In this document: positions 12,156-25,290 of the stretch, piece after piece
Layout of the letters: each line of letters opens with the position of its first letter
Numbering within the stretch: position 1 is the stretch's first letter
Assembly: GCA_964016885.1 (NCBI GenBank)
Contig: OZ024743.1
Span: 103,044,001-103,108,000 of the forward strand
Length of the DNA stretch: 64,000 nucleotides
Direction of reading: 5' to 3'
Source: Eledone cirrhosa
Lineage: Eukaryota
The notes under the pieces: generated by a model
Seen by the model: the letters and a program-made list of their open reading frames with translations, nothing else
What the model was told of the DNA's origin: nothing
The model's database searches: none
Translations under genes and position numbers: made by a program

Positions 12156-13394
12156 TAACCTGGCTAAGACCAAAGTACTAGTTTGTAGGAAAGAAAACAA
12201 GGCGGCGGTCCCTTCTGGGAAATGGTCGTGCTCGGTGTGTAGGAAAGGCGTAGGTAGAAACTCCATTTTATGTCCTAAATGCAAAGTATGGGTGCATAAA
12301 AGATGTAGTGGGATCACAGGTAAGCTAACTAAGAACATAGATTTTACATGTGGCCGGTGCTCTGGTGCAATAAGTAGCAGCAAGTGCCCACAAACTACTA
12401 GCTCTTTCAATTGCGCAGAGGGTTCTATAGAAATAGTGGACAGCTTCCGTTACCTGGGCGATAAAATCAGCAGTGGGGGAGGGTGCTCTGAAAGTACTGT
12501 AGCTAGAGTCAGAACTGGTTGGAAAAAGTTCAGAGAGCTTATACCACTATTAGCTGCTAAAGGGTTCTCACTAAAAATGAAAGGCAGGTTGTACGATGCC
12601 TGCATACGAACAGCAATGCTGCATGGCAGTGAGACCTGGGCATTGTGTGCAGAGGATATACGCAGACTAGAGAGGAACGAAGCTTGCATGCTCCGCTGGA
12701 TGTGTAACAGTAATATACGTGAACGGCAAAGCATAAACGAACTAAGGAAAAAATTAGAGATAAGAGGGATCAGATGTTGTTTACTCGAGAGAAGGCTACG
12801 TTGGTATGGACACGTGATGCGCATGAAAGTCGATAGCTGTATAACAAAGTGCAGGGCAATAAAGATAGACGGTAGTCACGGAATAGGCAGACCTAGAAAA
12901 ACCTGGGACGAGCTGATAAACTCCGACATCACACACTTACACCTCTCCAAGACAATGTCACTGGACCGAGACCTTTGGCGGTACTCAGTAACAGAGAAGA
13001 CCCGCCTTACCTAAATATATAGTAAAACCTACTCCAGCCAGTAGGCATCTCTAACAAAATACACCCCGTCCCACCACCACCACCCCCACCCGATCCACAC
13101 CACCCCGTTCTATGTAAAGTTATGTTGGTGCCGCGCCATCGAGGCCGAAACAAATGAGATCGTGTAGGTGTCACGACAAAAAAACACACAGTCCACGCTG
13201 TAATGTGGCCGTGTAGGCAACACGGTAAAAACCTCCCAGACCCACACTGTAAATGTGGTTGGTGTTAGGAAGGGCATCCAACTGTAGAAAACCTGCCAGA
13301 CAGTCCTATGCCTCAAGTGGGACTACCCCCGTCCAAACCCATGCAAGCGTGGAACACGGACGTTAAACGTTGATGATGATGATGATGATGATGA
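12156..13394 (+). mobile_element. 5'-truncated RTE-clade LINE, head-to-head with the preceding copy
   Basis: Open frame NLAKTKVLV...KTRLT to the stop at 13014, then 3' UTR and (GAT)n tail. Confidence 0.9.
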
Positions 13395-13715
13395 TACTAA
13401 AACTTTAGTCTTAGACAAGTTAACTTTAAGGCCTTTTGATTCTAGGCCATGCTTCCATGTTTGGAATTTCTTCTCTAGTTCAGTCATCAATTCAGCTATG
13501 AGCGTTAGATCATCTGCAATGAGCAGCTGGTCTTGAACTCCTCTGTTATAGCCTGAAGGGCAATAATAAATAGGAGGGGACTAAGGACAGAGCCCTGATG
13601 AACACCAGCTTTTACGCTAAATTCTTCACTATATTCGTTGTTAATTCTGACCTTGCTGACTGTTTCATTATACATGGCTTGTATAGCTCTCACAAGCCAT
13701 TCATCAACACCTAGT
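13395..13715 (-). mobile_element. RTE RT-core fragment
   Basis: GVHQGSVLSPLLFII motif in ORF 13505-13693. Confidence 0.8.
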
Positions 13716-13811
<96 letters not shown>

Positions 13812-14294
13812 TTTATATGAGTAGAAGTTAGTGTTGCAGCATATGTACCAAATTTATTTGCATATTACAATTATTTTGATATCGATCAGTTCAGGGTACA
13901 ATCAAGGTGACGAGGCCCGACTCTTTTTCGATATTTCATCAGATATGCGAGCTTATATGTGCAAAGTCACATCTAAACTGTTGACAGAGGTCTCAAGATC
14001 AGTTTGTATACACTTATTGGTGGGATTGTAGGGGACCAGTGGGGGTAGAGTAGGTTTAGGTTTAGATGGTGGGGTATAATGGTGAAGGATAAAAATATAA
14101 AAGGTAAAGGACATAAAAACTCTTGAATAAAATAGTAAAAAAAAAATGACACTGGCTTTGACTCTTTTAAATCTATTTACATTCTGCATGCTACAGTTAT
14201 AACACTGGAATACAACCCAAATGAAACGGACCTCATAACAGCATCTAGTGCTTCGAATGGCATGCCGCCTGTAACTGTTGGTACACAATTAACT

Positions 14295-14326
<32 letters not shown>

Positions 14327-15500
14327 CTAGCAGCAGTACCCAGCATTGCCTGGGTAGGTAAAATAATATCTGCTTTGATGAAAAGGTGTTGATCTTAGCG
14401 ACTGCTTCTCGATGACTCATCTATGGCCACACACAGGCCATGCGGGGGAGAGTAGTGATGACCTCTATCACTGAGAAACGCGAGTCACTGACGAAGGGGC
14501 ATGCTGGGGGAGAGAGGTAATGACCTCTAACACTAAGCCAAATTTCCTCATGCTACTTGATTGGAAACCGATGAATTCTCAAATACACAACTACAAGCTC
14601 GGACGACGTCAGTGGCCATCGTTTTGCCAATGACCATCTATAAGATGTGCAATGATAGGTTCTATTGTAGTATAAAAGTTAAAGCAAATAAATTGATTTA
14701 TAAGTGGAGCCGAAGTTTCGAATTTGAACGAAATCGGTTGAAAAATGTGGGAGCTAATGATAGGGCGCAGTCCCTGAACAAAATATGCAAAGTGTAAAGC
14801 TACTATAAGATGTGCAATGATAGGTTCTATCGTAGTATAAAAGTTGAACGAAAGGAATTGATTGTTGTGTGAGGTGGAGCCGAAGTTTCGAATTTGAACA
14901 AAATTGGTTGAAAAATGTGGGAGCTAGAGCCGAAAAGGTGGTATTTTCGAATATTTAAGTGGCTGCCACGCCGTTCCTGAACAAAAAATCCAAAATGTAA
15001 AGCCACTTTAAGACGTGAAATAATCAGATCTAGCGTAGTGTAAAATTTGAACAAAGTAGGTTGATTAATGTGGGAGCAAGAGCCGAAAAAGTGGAAATTT
15101 GAGTCTAAAAGTGGTATTTTTGAATATTTAAGCAGCTGCCATGCCGACCCTGAAGAACAAATGCAAAATATAAAGCCATTACAGGATGTGCAATGATAAA
15201 TTCTATTTTGCTTTAAAATTTGAACGAAATCGGTCGCAAAATGTGGGAGCTAGAGCCAAAAATCTTATTTTTCGATACCTAAAAAGAGGTAACCCCCCCC
15301 CCTATCGATTTTTATCTACCGAATGACCCCGGAATAAAAAAACGATACGCTGATATATAGAAAACACTCCCCGGTGACTAATCTATGAGCCTGTAAAGTT
15401 TCATGAAAATCGGTCGTAAGATGTAGGCCCCTATAGGTAATACACAGACACACAGACACACACAGATACACACACATACTTAATTTTATATATATACAGA
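14327..15500 (-). mobile_element. Non-autonomous Helitron
   Basis: On the minus strand it begins TC(TGTATATATATAAAA) and ends with hairpin ACCCAGGCAATGCTGGGT plus CTAG, in an A|T context; internal diverged tandem repeats (AATCGGTTGAAAAATGTGGGAGC). Confidence 0.75.
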
Positions 15501-15507
15501 TATATAT

Positions 15508-15559
<52 letters not shown>

Positions 15560-15736
15560 GGGGGGGAGGATTGTCTGCAGTGCTGAGACCAGGGAGACCA
15601 CAAATCAGGGGAGTACTCTATGCAAGGGAAAAAATAGAGGAAGGTTACCTGATCCAACTTGCTTCAAATGGGACAACACATCTAACCCATGCTAACGTGG
15701 AAAGTGGACATTAAACGATGATGATATATATATATA

Positions 15737-16085
15737 TCATCATCATCATCATCACCGTTTTACGTCCGTTCTTCCACGCTAGCATGGGTTAGACGGGTTG
15801 TCCTGTTGCGGGCAGTGTCCGTTCGGCTGACCTTGTCTTGCTCATACGGGAACAGATTCTGGCTTGATTTCTACAGCTGGATGCCCTTCCTAACACCAAC
15901 CTCATTTACAGTGAGTGCTGGGTGCTTTTTTCCGTGGCGCCTACATGTCCAACTTTACAGTGGAATTATAGGGACCCGAGTCCCTATCATCTCATTACAG
16001 CTGAGTAAACTGGAGCAATGTGAAATAAAGTGTCTTGCTCAAGGAAACAACACATCACCCGGTCCGAGAATTGAACTCACAACCT
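15737..16085 (-). mobile_element. 5'-truncated copy of the 3447-3886 SINE family
   Basis: Same B box, CORE-like centre and RTE tail. Confidence 0.75.
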
Positions 16086-17099
16086 TTCTATATATATATA
16101 TCTGTAACATCATTTCCTTTTATTGCTCAGAATGTCAGATGGACAAAAGTTAAGTAGGAGAAAAGATTACAAATGGAAATTAAAGAGTTAAAATTTGTCC
16201 CAAACGTGGAGGCTCATCAGGCCAGTATTTATCCTGGTTACATCAGTGTTAAGCAACTAAGAGTATAAGACTTTCATTTTGAAGGTTAATCCCAGCTAAT
16301 GCTGGTGCTCATTTTCATTTGAGTATACTAGAGCAATGAAAAATGAAGTGTTTTGCTTAAGAATACAATGCTCCAACCGGTTTAGGAATGAAACCCACAA
16401 CATTATGATTATAGCATCAACACCTTAATCACTCATCCAGTTATGATTCCTTGGTGCTTGAATTTCTGCTGTATATACAGTCTTGGTGTGAGGAAGAATC
16501 CTATATCCACCAAGGAAGATATAACATGAAAAGTTTGAGACCAGGTTTTCCAATGTGTTTGATGAAACATTGGAACCAGCTACAACCAATCATAGGGACT
16601 AGCTTGATAAAAATAATGCTAAGTGTATTACTACATGGTGGGTTATCAGTTGAGCAGTAGAATGTAATACTTATTCATTTCAAGAATATAAAATTTCAAC
16701 TGCAGTGATCACACAGGCAAATGTTGAACATCCGATAGGAGGGACTTGCTCATGACATTCAAGTTGCTATTGACTGATACAAATGAGAGTAAGTTCTATC
16801 TTCTTATGAGGCAAGTATATAGACCTTAAAATTTCAGGACTAGCTCCTTTGCTTTCCAAGGTTTGCTCTACTCTCTTCATTAAATCAAAAGAAATTGCCT
16901 GATTGATCATTTCTCTGAATTGTTAAACCATGAATATGTTGTACATGATGCAGTAATTGATACCATTCGACAAAGGCTGATTACCACCTCCTTGAACATT
17001 ACATCCTCAATATATGAGGCAGTAATGACAAAAGTTATACTGAATCTTGGTAAAGATGTCATATGTGCCTTTACATATCTACTGCATTCAATGCCCATG

Positions 17100-17420
17100 T
17101 CTCACTAACATATAGCATTGCACTTTGCATACATGCAGCATATAATCTACCTTTTGCTTAGAGAGAGAAACCTTTTGTTGCTAAAAGAAGTAATAGCTCG
17201 CTGAAATTTTGCCACCCTGTTCTTATTCTGACTACAATGCTTTCAGAGCAACCTGCTGCACTGCTAATTAGATCACCTAGGTAGCAGAAGCTATCAACAA
17301 GTCTACAGAACTTACTTTAGTTTAGAAAGAGTTACTGTTACTTTTGCTGCTGGCTATTCTTGTGCTTTTACAACATCAAAAATCTCTTTTCTGTGTTACC
17401 CTGCCTGAAATGCCTAGATA
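17100..17420 (-). mobile_element. Old RTE fragment
   Basis: Diverged reverse-strand match to the FCYLGD..SS..GCSES and KGFSL..KGRLY.ACI region of the RTE copies. Confidence 0.6.
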
Positions 17421-18438
17421 ACTATAATGAACAGAAGGAGGTTGAGAAGTTAAACTGGCTTGGATTAATAACACCATGTGGTCCTTTGGTGTTTTAAGTG
17501 GAATACCCTCTGTTGTAAGCATTCTTGCTAGGTCTCTGATCTAAGGATATATCTCCTTTTTCCTACTAGTCTTGGAGGCTCTGAAAGATATCCTGGGTGC
17601 AGCTCTCCTTCTCTAGGTCATAAAATTGTTTCTAACATAGGCACAAGGCCAGCAATTTTGGGATGGTCCTTTAATTTATTAACCACAAAAAGATGCAAGG
17701 CAAAGTTTACCATGACTGAATTTGAATTCAGAACAGAGTACTGGAACGAATACTGTAAAGCATCCTATTCAATGCTCTAACAATTCTGTCAATCCACCAG
17801 TCTCTAGTCATAAAAATAAGAAAATATACCTGTTATTCCAGTTATTTTTAGAATAGGTTCACTCTATACCTGCACTAGAATTGTTGGCATCAAGAATTCA
17901 CTTATAAAACATGGTCTCAAAAAGTCTTGTCCAACAAGCTCGTGTAAAAACGATGATGATGGTGATCATAATGACTAAGTTATGTCTTCAACTGTGCAGA
18001 AAAGTACATCATTTTTTTTCTTCTGCCCTAACGGAAGAGCATAAAATAAGCTTAAAGTGATACAATACACATCTTACATGAATTTTTATTCTTAAAAAAA
18101 CATGATGTTGAAACAAATAAATACATCAAACCTGCATAAATTTATGAACAACCTAACAGAATTACTTATGTGAATTTTAAACATAAGAAACAAAAGTATT
18201 TACCATGTTAATGTTTTACATCATAATTCCATCTCATTTTTGGCTTGCTGACTTTGTTGTGTCATAGTTATTTCCTTTTGTTTACATTTTTAATGTTTTT
18301 TTCGGAATAGTATGAACAGATCACACCTTTTAAATATACATTCATAGTTGATTTGTAACCTTATGCTTGCATAAGAAATCAATATTCAGATGTGTACAGA
18401 CATTGCTTCTTCTTTAAAAGTATCTATCTCTCTCTCTA

Positions 18439-18790
18439 TCATCATCATCATCATCATTTAACGTCCGTGTTCCACGCTTGCATGGGTTTGGACGGGGGTA
18501 GTCCCACTTGAGGCAAGAGTGATTGTCTTGCTCGCATAGGACTGTCTGGCAGGTTTTCTACAGTTGGATGCCCTTCCTAACACCAACCACATTTACAGTG
18601 TGGGTCTGGGAGGTTTTTACCGTGTTGCCTACACGGCCACATTACAGCGTGGACTGTGTGTTTTTTTGTCGTGACACCTACACGATCTCATTTGTTTCGG
18701 CCTGGATGGCGCGGCACCAACATAACTTTACATAGAACGGGGTGGTGTGGATGGGGTGGGGGTGGTGGCGGGACGGGGTGTATTTTGTTA
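18439..18790 (-). mobile_element. RTE 3'-UTR-only copy
   Basis: Almost identical, inverted, to 13050-13394. Confidence 0.85.
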
Positions 18791-19271
18791 AGTTTTGGAT
18801 TGCGTTTGGAGGGGGGGGGGTATGTTAGCCATCCGCGGGCGAAACAAAGAGGAGTGCTCGCATTCTCGTCCACGAGGTGAATTTGACTTTAACTTTGGCA
18901 TTTTCGCTCTGAGCGTCCAGATTTTTCTCTCCCTTATATATATATATATAAGAGAGTATTGAAGTTTGCTTGAAGCATTGTGGAATAATAAGTAAATATC
19001 TTTAAGTCGTTTGGAAGCCTCGACAATGCAAATGGGTAAATCTCCGGGTAACAAGATCCGGTGGTGGAGAGAGAGATGTAAGTGGGTGTACGTTGAGATG
19101 TGTAGAAGAATGAAGGAAAGAGTATAAAGGATAAAATAACAACACGAGAGAGAGTTACCTTGGGAGAGATTTAATAGTCCCTATATATTTCGGATTCACA
19201 TCCATCAACTGGGGGTTTTTCCGGGGTGGGGGAAAGGTTGTCTGTCAGACAGGTGTGAAACGCGTCCTCCG

Positions 19272-19320
<49 letters not shown>

Positions 19321-19877
19321 TATATTTATATACTCATGTGGGAGTTGAATTTTTAAAACCACTTTTTAAGGTTATGGGCTTGATTATTGCATGGATACTA
19401 CTTTTGAAGGGGTTGGAATTCAAGCTAGAATCCAAAGTACGGTATGAGTAGCAGAAGCCCAACTGATCTCTAAATGAATAAAACACAATGAATTACAGTA
19501 ATATTACTGCATCAAAATATACGTCCTAGTAAATAACAAAAACCATAAACAAGGTCATAAACGTTTGGGTAAATTTTTAGCTTCAGACATGTATTTGCAA
19601 TATTATAAATTTGCCTTAAATTCATGACGATTTTGTAACAGTCTTATTTCTACATACAGGATGATACCTTGACCCACAAATGTTGATCCATGAAATAGTA
19701 GGGTTGACTGTTATATGAGGTGTATGGAAAATTCCAAATTTTGGGGCCAAAAATAGAGGGTCAGCTTTTACATGTGATCGACTATAAGTGTATATGGTAT
19801 ATATATATGTGTGTGTGTGTGTCTGTAAAGCTGAATTTATGGTTTTTGAAGCACTGAGAATATATCTGTATATGTAG

Positions 19878-20260
19878 GTATAAAGAAAGCGCTCAAGCAT
19901 AGAAATGCTATAAATATAGTTTATAAAATAGAGTGAAGACTCTTAAAAAGGAAAAAGAAGTTGCCATCAGTCACTATGAGGAACTCAACCCCATATCTTC
20001 CAGATACCGGTTTGACGCTTTAATTATTTAGCTAAGGAACTATGACAATTCCCTTCCAGTCCTTTTAACTATATAACTGGACAACAGCTTTCAGATGGCA
20101 GCGGGCAGACAGACTGACAGACATCCGTATATCTGGGAGATATGGGGTTCAATTATTCATAGCGGCTGATAGCAATTTCTTTTTCCATCTTTTAAGGGTG
20201 TTCACCCTATATTATAAGCTATCATTATAGCATTTCTGTGCTTGAGCACTTTCTTTATAC
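19878..20260. repeat. Diverged inverted repeat element with tRNA-like boxes
   Basis: Arms about 19878-20008 and 20125-20260; the minus strand reads TAGCTAAATAATTAAAGCG...GGGGTTGAGTTCC. Confidence 0.7.
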
Positions 20261-20452
20261 TTATACACGCATGCACATATATATGTGTGTGCATGTGCAT
20301 GTATCAATGTTTATCTATGTATATATCTAGGTTTATATCTATGTATATATCTACCTATATATATGCATACATACATACCTATCTATATAATTTGAACAAA
20401 TGTTTTCCTCATTTCTAGTTATCAATAATTATACAATTATATTTATTTTCAG

Positions 20453-20457
20453 TTTGA
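20453..20457 (+). CDS. Speculative terminal coding bit of the SOCS-box gene (V-stop)
   Basis: Acceptor atttattttcAG; phase-1 join G|TT TGA; followed by about 1.2 kb of repeat-poor AT-rich UTR-like sequence. Confidence 0.3.
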
Positions 20458-22639
20458 TTAAACCATCCTTAGTAAATAAGACAAGTTGGTGAAATCAGAA
20501 TTATACAACTCAATGCAAAATGGTACACCTATCCATCTGAAGGCAGCTCTCATCATCAAAAGCCTAACTGCTAAAATAAGGCTCCACCAATATTTTAAAA
20601 TGTCTTACAATGAGAATTAAATATTTCCTATTCCACATTATTATTAAATTATCTATTTATTTTTCCTATTTGAACTATGTTTTACCTTGATTTTTGTGAC
20701 AAGGAAATGCTCAACTTTAATTTACATGTTCTGGCTTATGTTTTCATTTTTTTAAATTGATTTTCTATTGCAGAATTTTACCAGAATTTGATACAAATTG
20801 TAAATATTTTGAGAACAAAGAAATTATTTATTCAAGAGATGTTTTCTCTTTAATTAAAATATTAGTCATTTATTTTATTTTATTGCTAATAGAATTCTTG
20901 CAGCAGTGGATATATCACTGGCAGGAAGAACAGCAATTATGATATTATGTTTTGCTTCCAGTCTGAGTGCAACAATCAGACTGCTTCAAAAGCAGTCTGA
21001 TTGTATGTGATATCTGCTGCAAAAAGTTGTCACTGCTGCCTGCACTGATGATAAAATTTAGTCCAAACTAACTTGAATTCAGAACAGAACATATCTTATG
21101 TATTTTTCAAGGCTGACTTGTGAAGAATATTTTTATATTAAAGCAATTAGATATAAACACATTTTGTATTTTATTTAGGTTAAACTGTAATGTGAAATTT
21201 TTGCATGCAAAATAGTATCAAATTGATAACAATTTCATTTTCTTGTAATGTATATATATTTCTTTTATACTGGCAGTTGTATATACAATACCTAGTTACA
21301 AGCAATATATGATTACCTGTTACATTGTGGTAACTCTGAATTGCTTTCACAACTGCATTCACTACTGTGTAGTATTTATTTATTTATTTTAATGTTTCTT
21401 TCACATATGATGTATCTATGTTATTCAATTTTTGCAATATACTGAATTATTTTAGTTATATACATTTCTTACAATTGTCAAAATACACACAAAACAAAAA
21501 GATATTGCTGAAGTTATATTATCTGTTAAATGTCTTGAGAAAAGCAACAACTGGTGCTGTTGATAGGTTTCAAAGAATACATTTAAAAAAATACATTTAA
21601 AAAATCATTTACAACTAATTGTTTTTCAAGGGGGTATCTTCATTTTATACTTATGAGTTTTACAATTTTTTAGATATATTATTTCATTCCTATGTGGGTG
21701 GTAGATTGGCATTATCAGTAGAGTGTCAGACAAACTGCTTTGCAATATTCATTTTTGACTACCTACATTCTGAGTTCAAATCCTATTGAGGTCAACTTTG
21801 TCTTTCATCCTTCCAGGATCAATAAAATAAAATACCTGTTACATACTGAGTTGATGTTATTAACTTACTTAACTTTGCTTTTATCCAAAGTTGCCTACCT
21901 TGTGCCAATATTGCAAAGAATTATTTCATTTGAATTCAACCTTTAATCTCAGTTTTTATTTTGCATTTATAAAGTATTGAGCATTAAATGTAATTACATC
22001 TAATATTTATTTACTGAAATTAGTTTCTATTTACTTCTACATTACTTTCATGTTCTCAAAGTTATCAATGATTCTAACCAACAGATAAAATAAGAGAGTC
22101 ATATGTCATTCCATATGATAATATTTTCACTTACAATAGGAGGGAGACAAAAGCCATATGATGATGAATATATTTCACTCAGAAATACTATGAGATCCTA
22201 GAAGTACTAATAACAATCTGCTAATAGGTTTGACTGATGATAATAGACTAAGAACTTTAATATTTTAGATAACATATGGACAGTAGTTTAGCAAAATTGG
22301 TAGTGCATCAGGTAAAATGACATTGCTGTATTTGTTCTAGCTCTTTACATTTTGAGTTTAAATCCTGCCAAGGCCAGCTTTGCCTTTCATCCTTCCGGGG
22401 TTGATAAAATAAAGTACCAGTAATGTACTGGGGTTGATTTAATCAACTTTGATGGCCTTGTGCTTAATTTAGAAAGCAGTATTATAGATAATATATTACC
22501 AAACATTGTAATTAACTATTATAACTCACTGGCATTTCCACATATTAAGATAATTATTTATCACTGGTGAAATATAAATAGGTGCTGAAAGCGATACTAC
22601 ATCATTTGGTGATAAATTACATAAATAATTAAATATATC

Positions 22640-23560
22640 AACGATGTATTTGTCTTGCAAGGTTTTTGATATGAAATCATGTGTTGAAATAGATATTGTT
22701 ATATTTGGGGAGGGTCATGTTGCCCTAATATTGCGGAACATAATAATTGTTTCTACTTTTGGCACAAGGCCAGCAATTACCCAGTACATTACTGGTACTT
22801 TATTTTATCGACCCCGTAAGGATGAAAGGCAAAGTTAACCTTGGCGGGATTTGAACTCAGACCATAAAGGGCTGTAACTCTTTGCTGCAAAGCATGGCGT
22901 CTGACTCTCTACTGATACTGCCAATAAAACATATTTACTATTTGGTTTGGTTTTCGCTTCAGTTCAGTATATCTTTTTATTTTTATAAATAATTTAGCTG
23001 GCAATCAATGTTTATCATTGATTGACCAACAGTTAAAAATATAAATTCTCAAATTTCTTTCGTCACACATATATTTTTCTGTGATATCTTCAGTGATTTC
23101 CTCCTGTTGTGTTTCTATGACATTTTCTTTTTTATTTGGTTGTCTCTGTTTGCGTTTGTGTGGGTTTGTGTGTGTTTCTGTGTGTGTTTATGTGTTTATA
23201 TTCTAGTGACCAAAGATAGAATAACACATACAGACTCATACACAAATACATGAGCACACACCAAACTGAATGCATGCAGACACACAGACAACCAAAAACA
23301 AAAAAAAAACGTTATGGAAACACAACAGGAGGAAATTACTGAAGATGTCGCAGAAAAATATATGTGTGACGAAAAAAATTTGAAAAATTATATTTATATT
23401 TATAATCTTAACTTGGTCAATCAATGATAAACATTGTTTGCAGCAAAATTATTTATAAAAATATAAAGATATACTAAACTGAAGCAAAAACCAAACCAAA
23501 CTGTGTTTTATTATTATGTTTGGCAATATTAGGACAATGACCCTTCCCACCAAATATAAT
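22640..23560. mobile_element. Inverted pair of PLE pseudo-LTR sequences (family of the 60360-63630 element), interrupted by a SINE
   Basis: 22640-22740 matches 60365-60447; arms about 22695-23190 and 23240-23560; degenerate hammerhead CTGAAGA-T-GTCGCA..TGTGAC-GAAA at 23339-23374. Confidence 0.75.
22742..22925 (-). mobile_element. tRNA-derived SINE with MetaSINE-like core
   Basis: GAGTTCAAATCC B box and GCCTTTCATCCTTACGGGGTCGATAAAATAAAGTACCAG core. Further copies near 17630, 21700, 22290, 36495, 42925, 44270, 44410, 51207, 53567 and 59525. Confidence 0.8.
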
Positions 23561-23864
23561 GAAATATATCATTTCTTGATAAAAATGTCAACCTTTCACT
23601 TCTCAATCATAAATTATTTTAGTAGTAACTTTGCTGATACAAGAATAAACACATTTGAGATATAACTTTCAAATCATCTTTGTTATAAGATATTGTTTTA
23701 TTAGAAGTCTACCACAATGCAAATGAAACATTACATTTTAAAAGCATAATGATAACATAGATGTTGGGATGTTACATTGCAGTTGTTTAACGATCTTTAT
23801 ATTTTTGAATCACAAAAGAAGTTGAGCAAACTAATTGGAGTAGGATATATTGTGTCACTCTTAA

Positions 23865-24082
23865 CCCTTTAGCATTTAAACCAGCTATATCCAGCCAGAA
23901 TTCTCTCACTTCCTGTTCAAACCAGTCGTAACTGGCCGATCATACTGATGTTAAGGTATTGTTCTCAAAATAAATAATATCAAAATCTCGTAGATGCGAT
24001 ATTATTTAAGATAATCATGTGAAATAACGCCTTTACCATGAAAATACAATAGTAAATATAGAGTAATGCAAATGCTAAAGGG
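23865..24082. mobile_element. piggyBac-type MITE
   Basis: TTAA-CCCTTTAGCATTT ... AAATGCTAAAGGG-TTAA: perfect 13-bp TIR with TTAA target duplication. Confidence 0.85.
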
Positions 24083-24244
24083 TTAAACTGCCATTTTTGA
24101 ATTCTACACTTTACATAATTCTTCAAGCAAACTACAACACCTTTTTTGCTATGTTTATATGTAAGACATTGAATCAAGCTTCAATGTAAAAAGTTTTTTT
24201 AAAGTTTTTTTTTTTTAAATCATTCAAATAAAAGTATAATTAAA

Positions 24245-25290
24245 TATGATTTATTTGAGGATAGTCATGTTGCTAATATTGCCAAAAAAAGAACAGATGC
24301 ACAATTTGATTTTCATTTCAGCTTTATTATTAGTTATTAGTTAGTTCATCAAAATACTTTCATCATATCTTTTCTTTCTGCAGTATGTTTCCTGTCTGTG
24401 TATGTATTTGTTATCTGCAACTGGGTATGTCTTTGTGTTTGGCATGTGCATGTGTGGGTTTGTGTCTTCCTGTTTTTTTTTTTTTCGTTCTTGTGTTTCC
24501 TATACTGTCCTCAGTCGTTAGATTTTGAGGTGGGGTGTTACTATTCCATCCATGTTTTCTATTGAGGCTCAGTCTACTCTTTAATATATGTGTCGGCTCC
24601 TTAATTTGAGCATTGTGTCAGTTCTATGTTATCGATTGAGCCCTCTTGGAATAGCACTCATGAGCTTTTCTCCTCTGAGTTCTTGTCAATATTCCTTCAT
24701 CCTCTCTCCTATGCTATGGGCTGTCTTTCCTATATATGTTGTTGTGTTTCTGCACCATCCCTCTGTATACCTTACTCTGCATTCCTCGTTTTGCAGTTTA
24801 CCTGTCTTCTTACCTTATTATACAGTTTCTATCAGTACAGGGAGTTTTCTTAAAAGAGTACATCCTACTGATCAGGGTTTTCATGGGAGTTCTCCTTTTT
24901 TCTACTACTTTTATTCTTAGGTTCAGTTTATCTAAGACTCTCCTAAATCAATGTGCTAGTTTGCCTCTAGGAATAAAATCAATGAACATGACACTGGTAT
25001 TTTGGCCTTCCCTATTTTCCTCTTTGTCATTTCTATGGTATACCATAATTTCCTCCTTTATATTGGGCAAATCCTATTCATGTCATTCTCTATGATGATT
25101 TTGAATTTTGCCATGGCTCCTTTGTACAACCTGATCCTGTCTATTTGGCTGTATCCAGAGAACTGCGTGCAGTGGATTAAGTGATGTATGTATCTCTCTC
25201 ACTCTGTTGGATTGCACATGTGGGACGCACTTTTCATCACCCTCACTAGGAACACTATCAAGATATTGAACTTAGTGCTATCTAAATTTG
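24245..25290 (-). mobile_element. Decayed 5'-truncated PLE related to the 60922-63630 element
   Basis: 25130-25250 aligns with 61620-61740 (RT thumb region); 24250-24285 resembles the pseudo-LTR end at 60420-60447. Confidence 0.7.

Noticed and set aside
14580-15270. Spaced repeats as a CRISPR-like array
   Set aside because: Eukaryotic context; the whole units are diverged tandem repeats inside a Helitron, with no unique spacers or cas genes.
19170-19275. Hammerhead-like motifs (GAAACGCGTC; GGAT-GTGA-ATCC-GAAA-TATA-TA on minus)
   Set aside because: The CUGANGA core is missing or doubly mutated; too degenerate to call.
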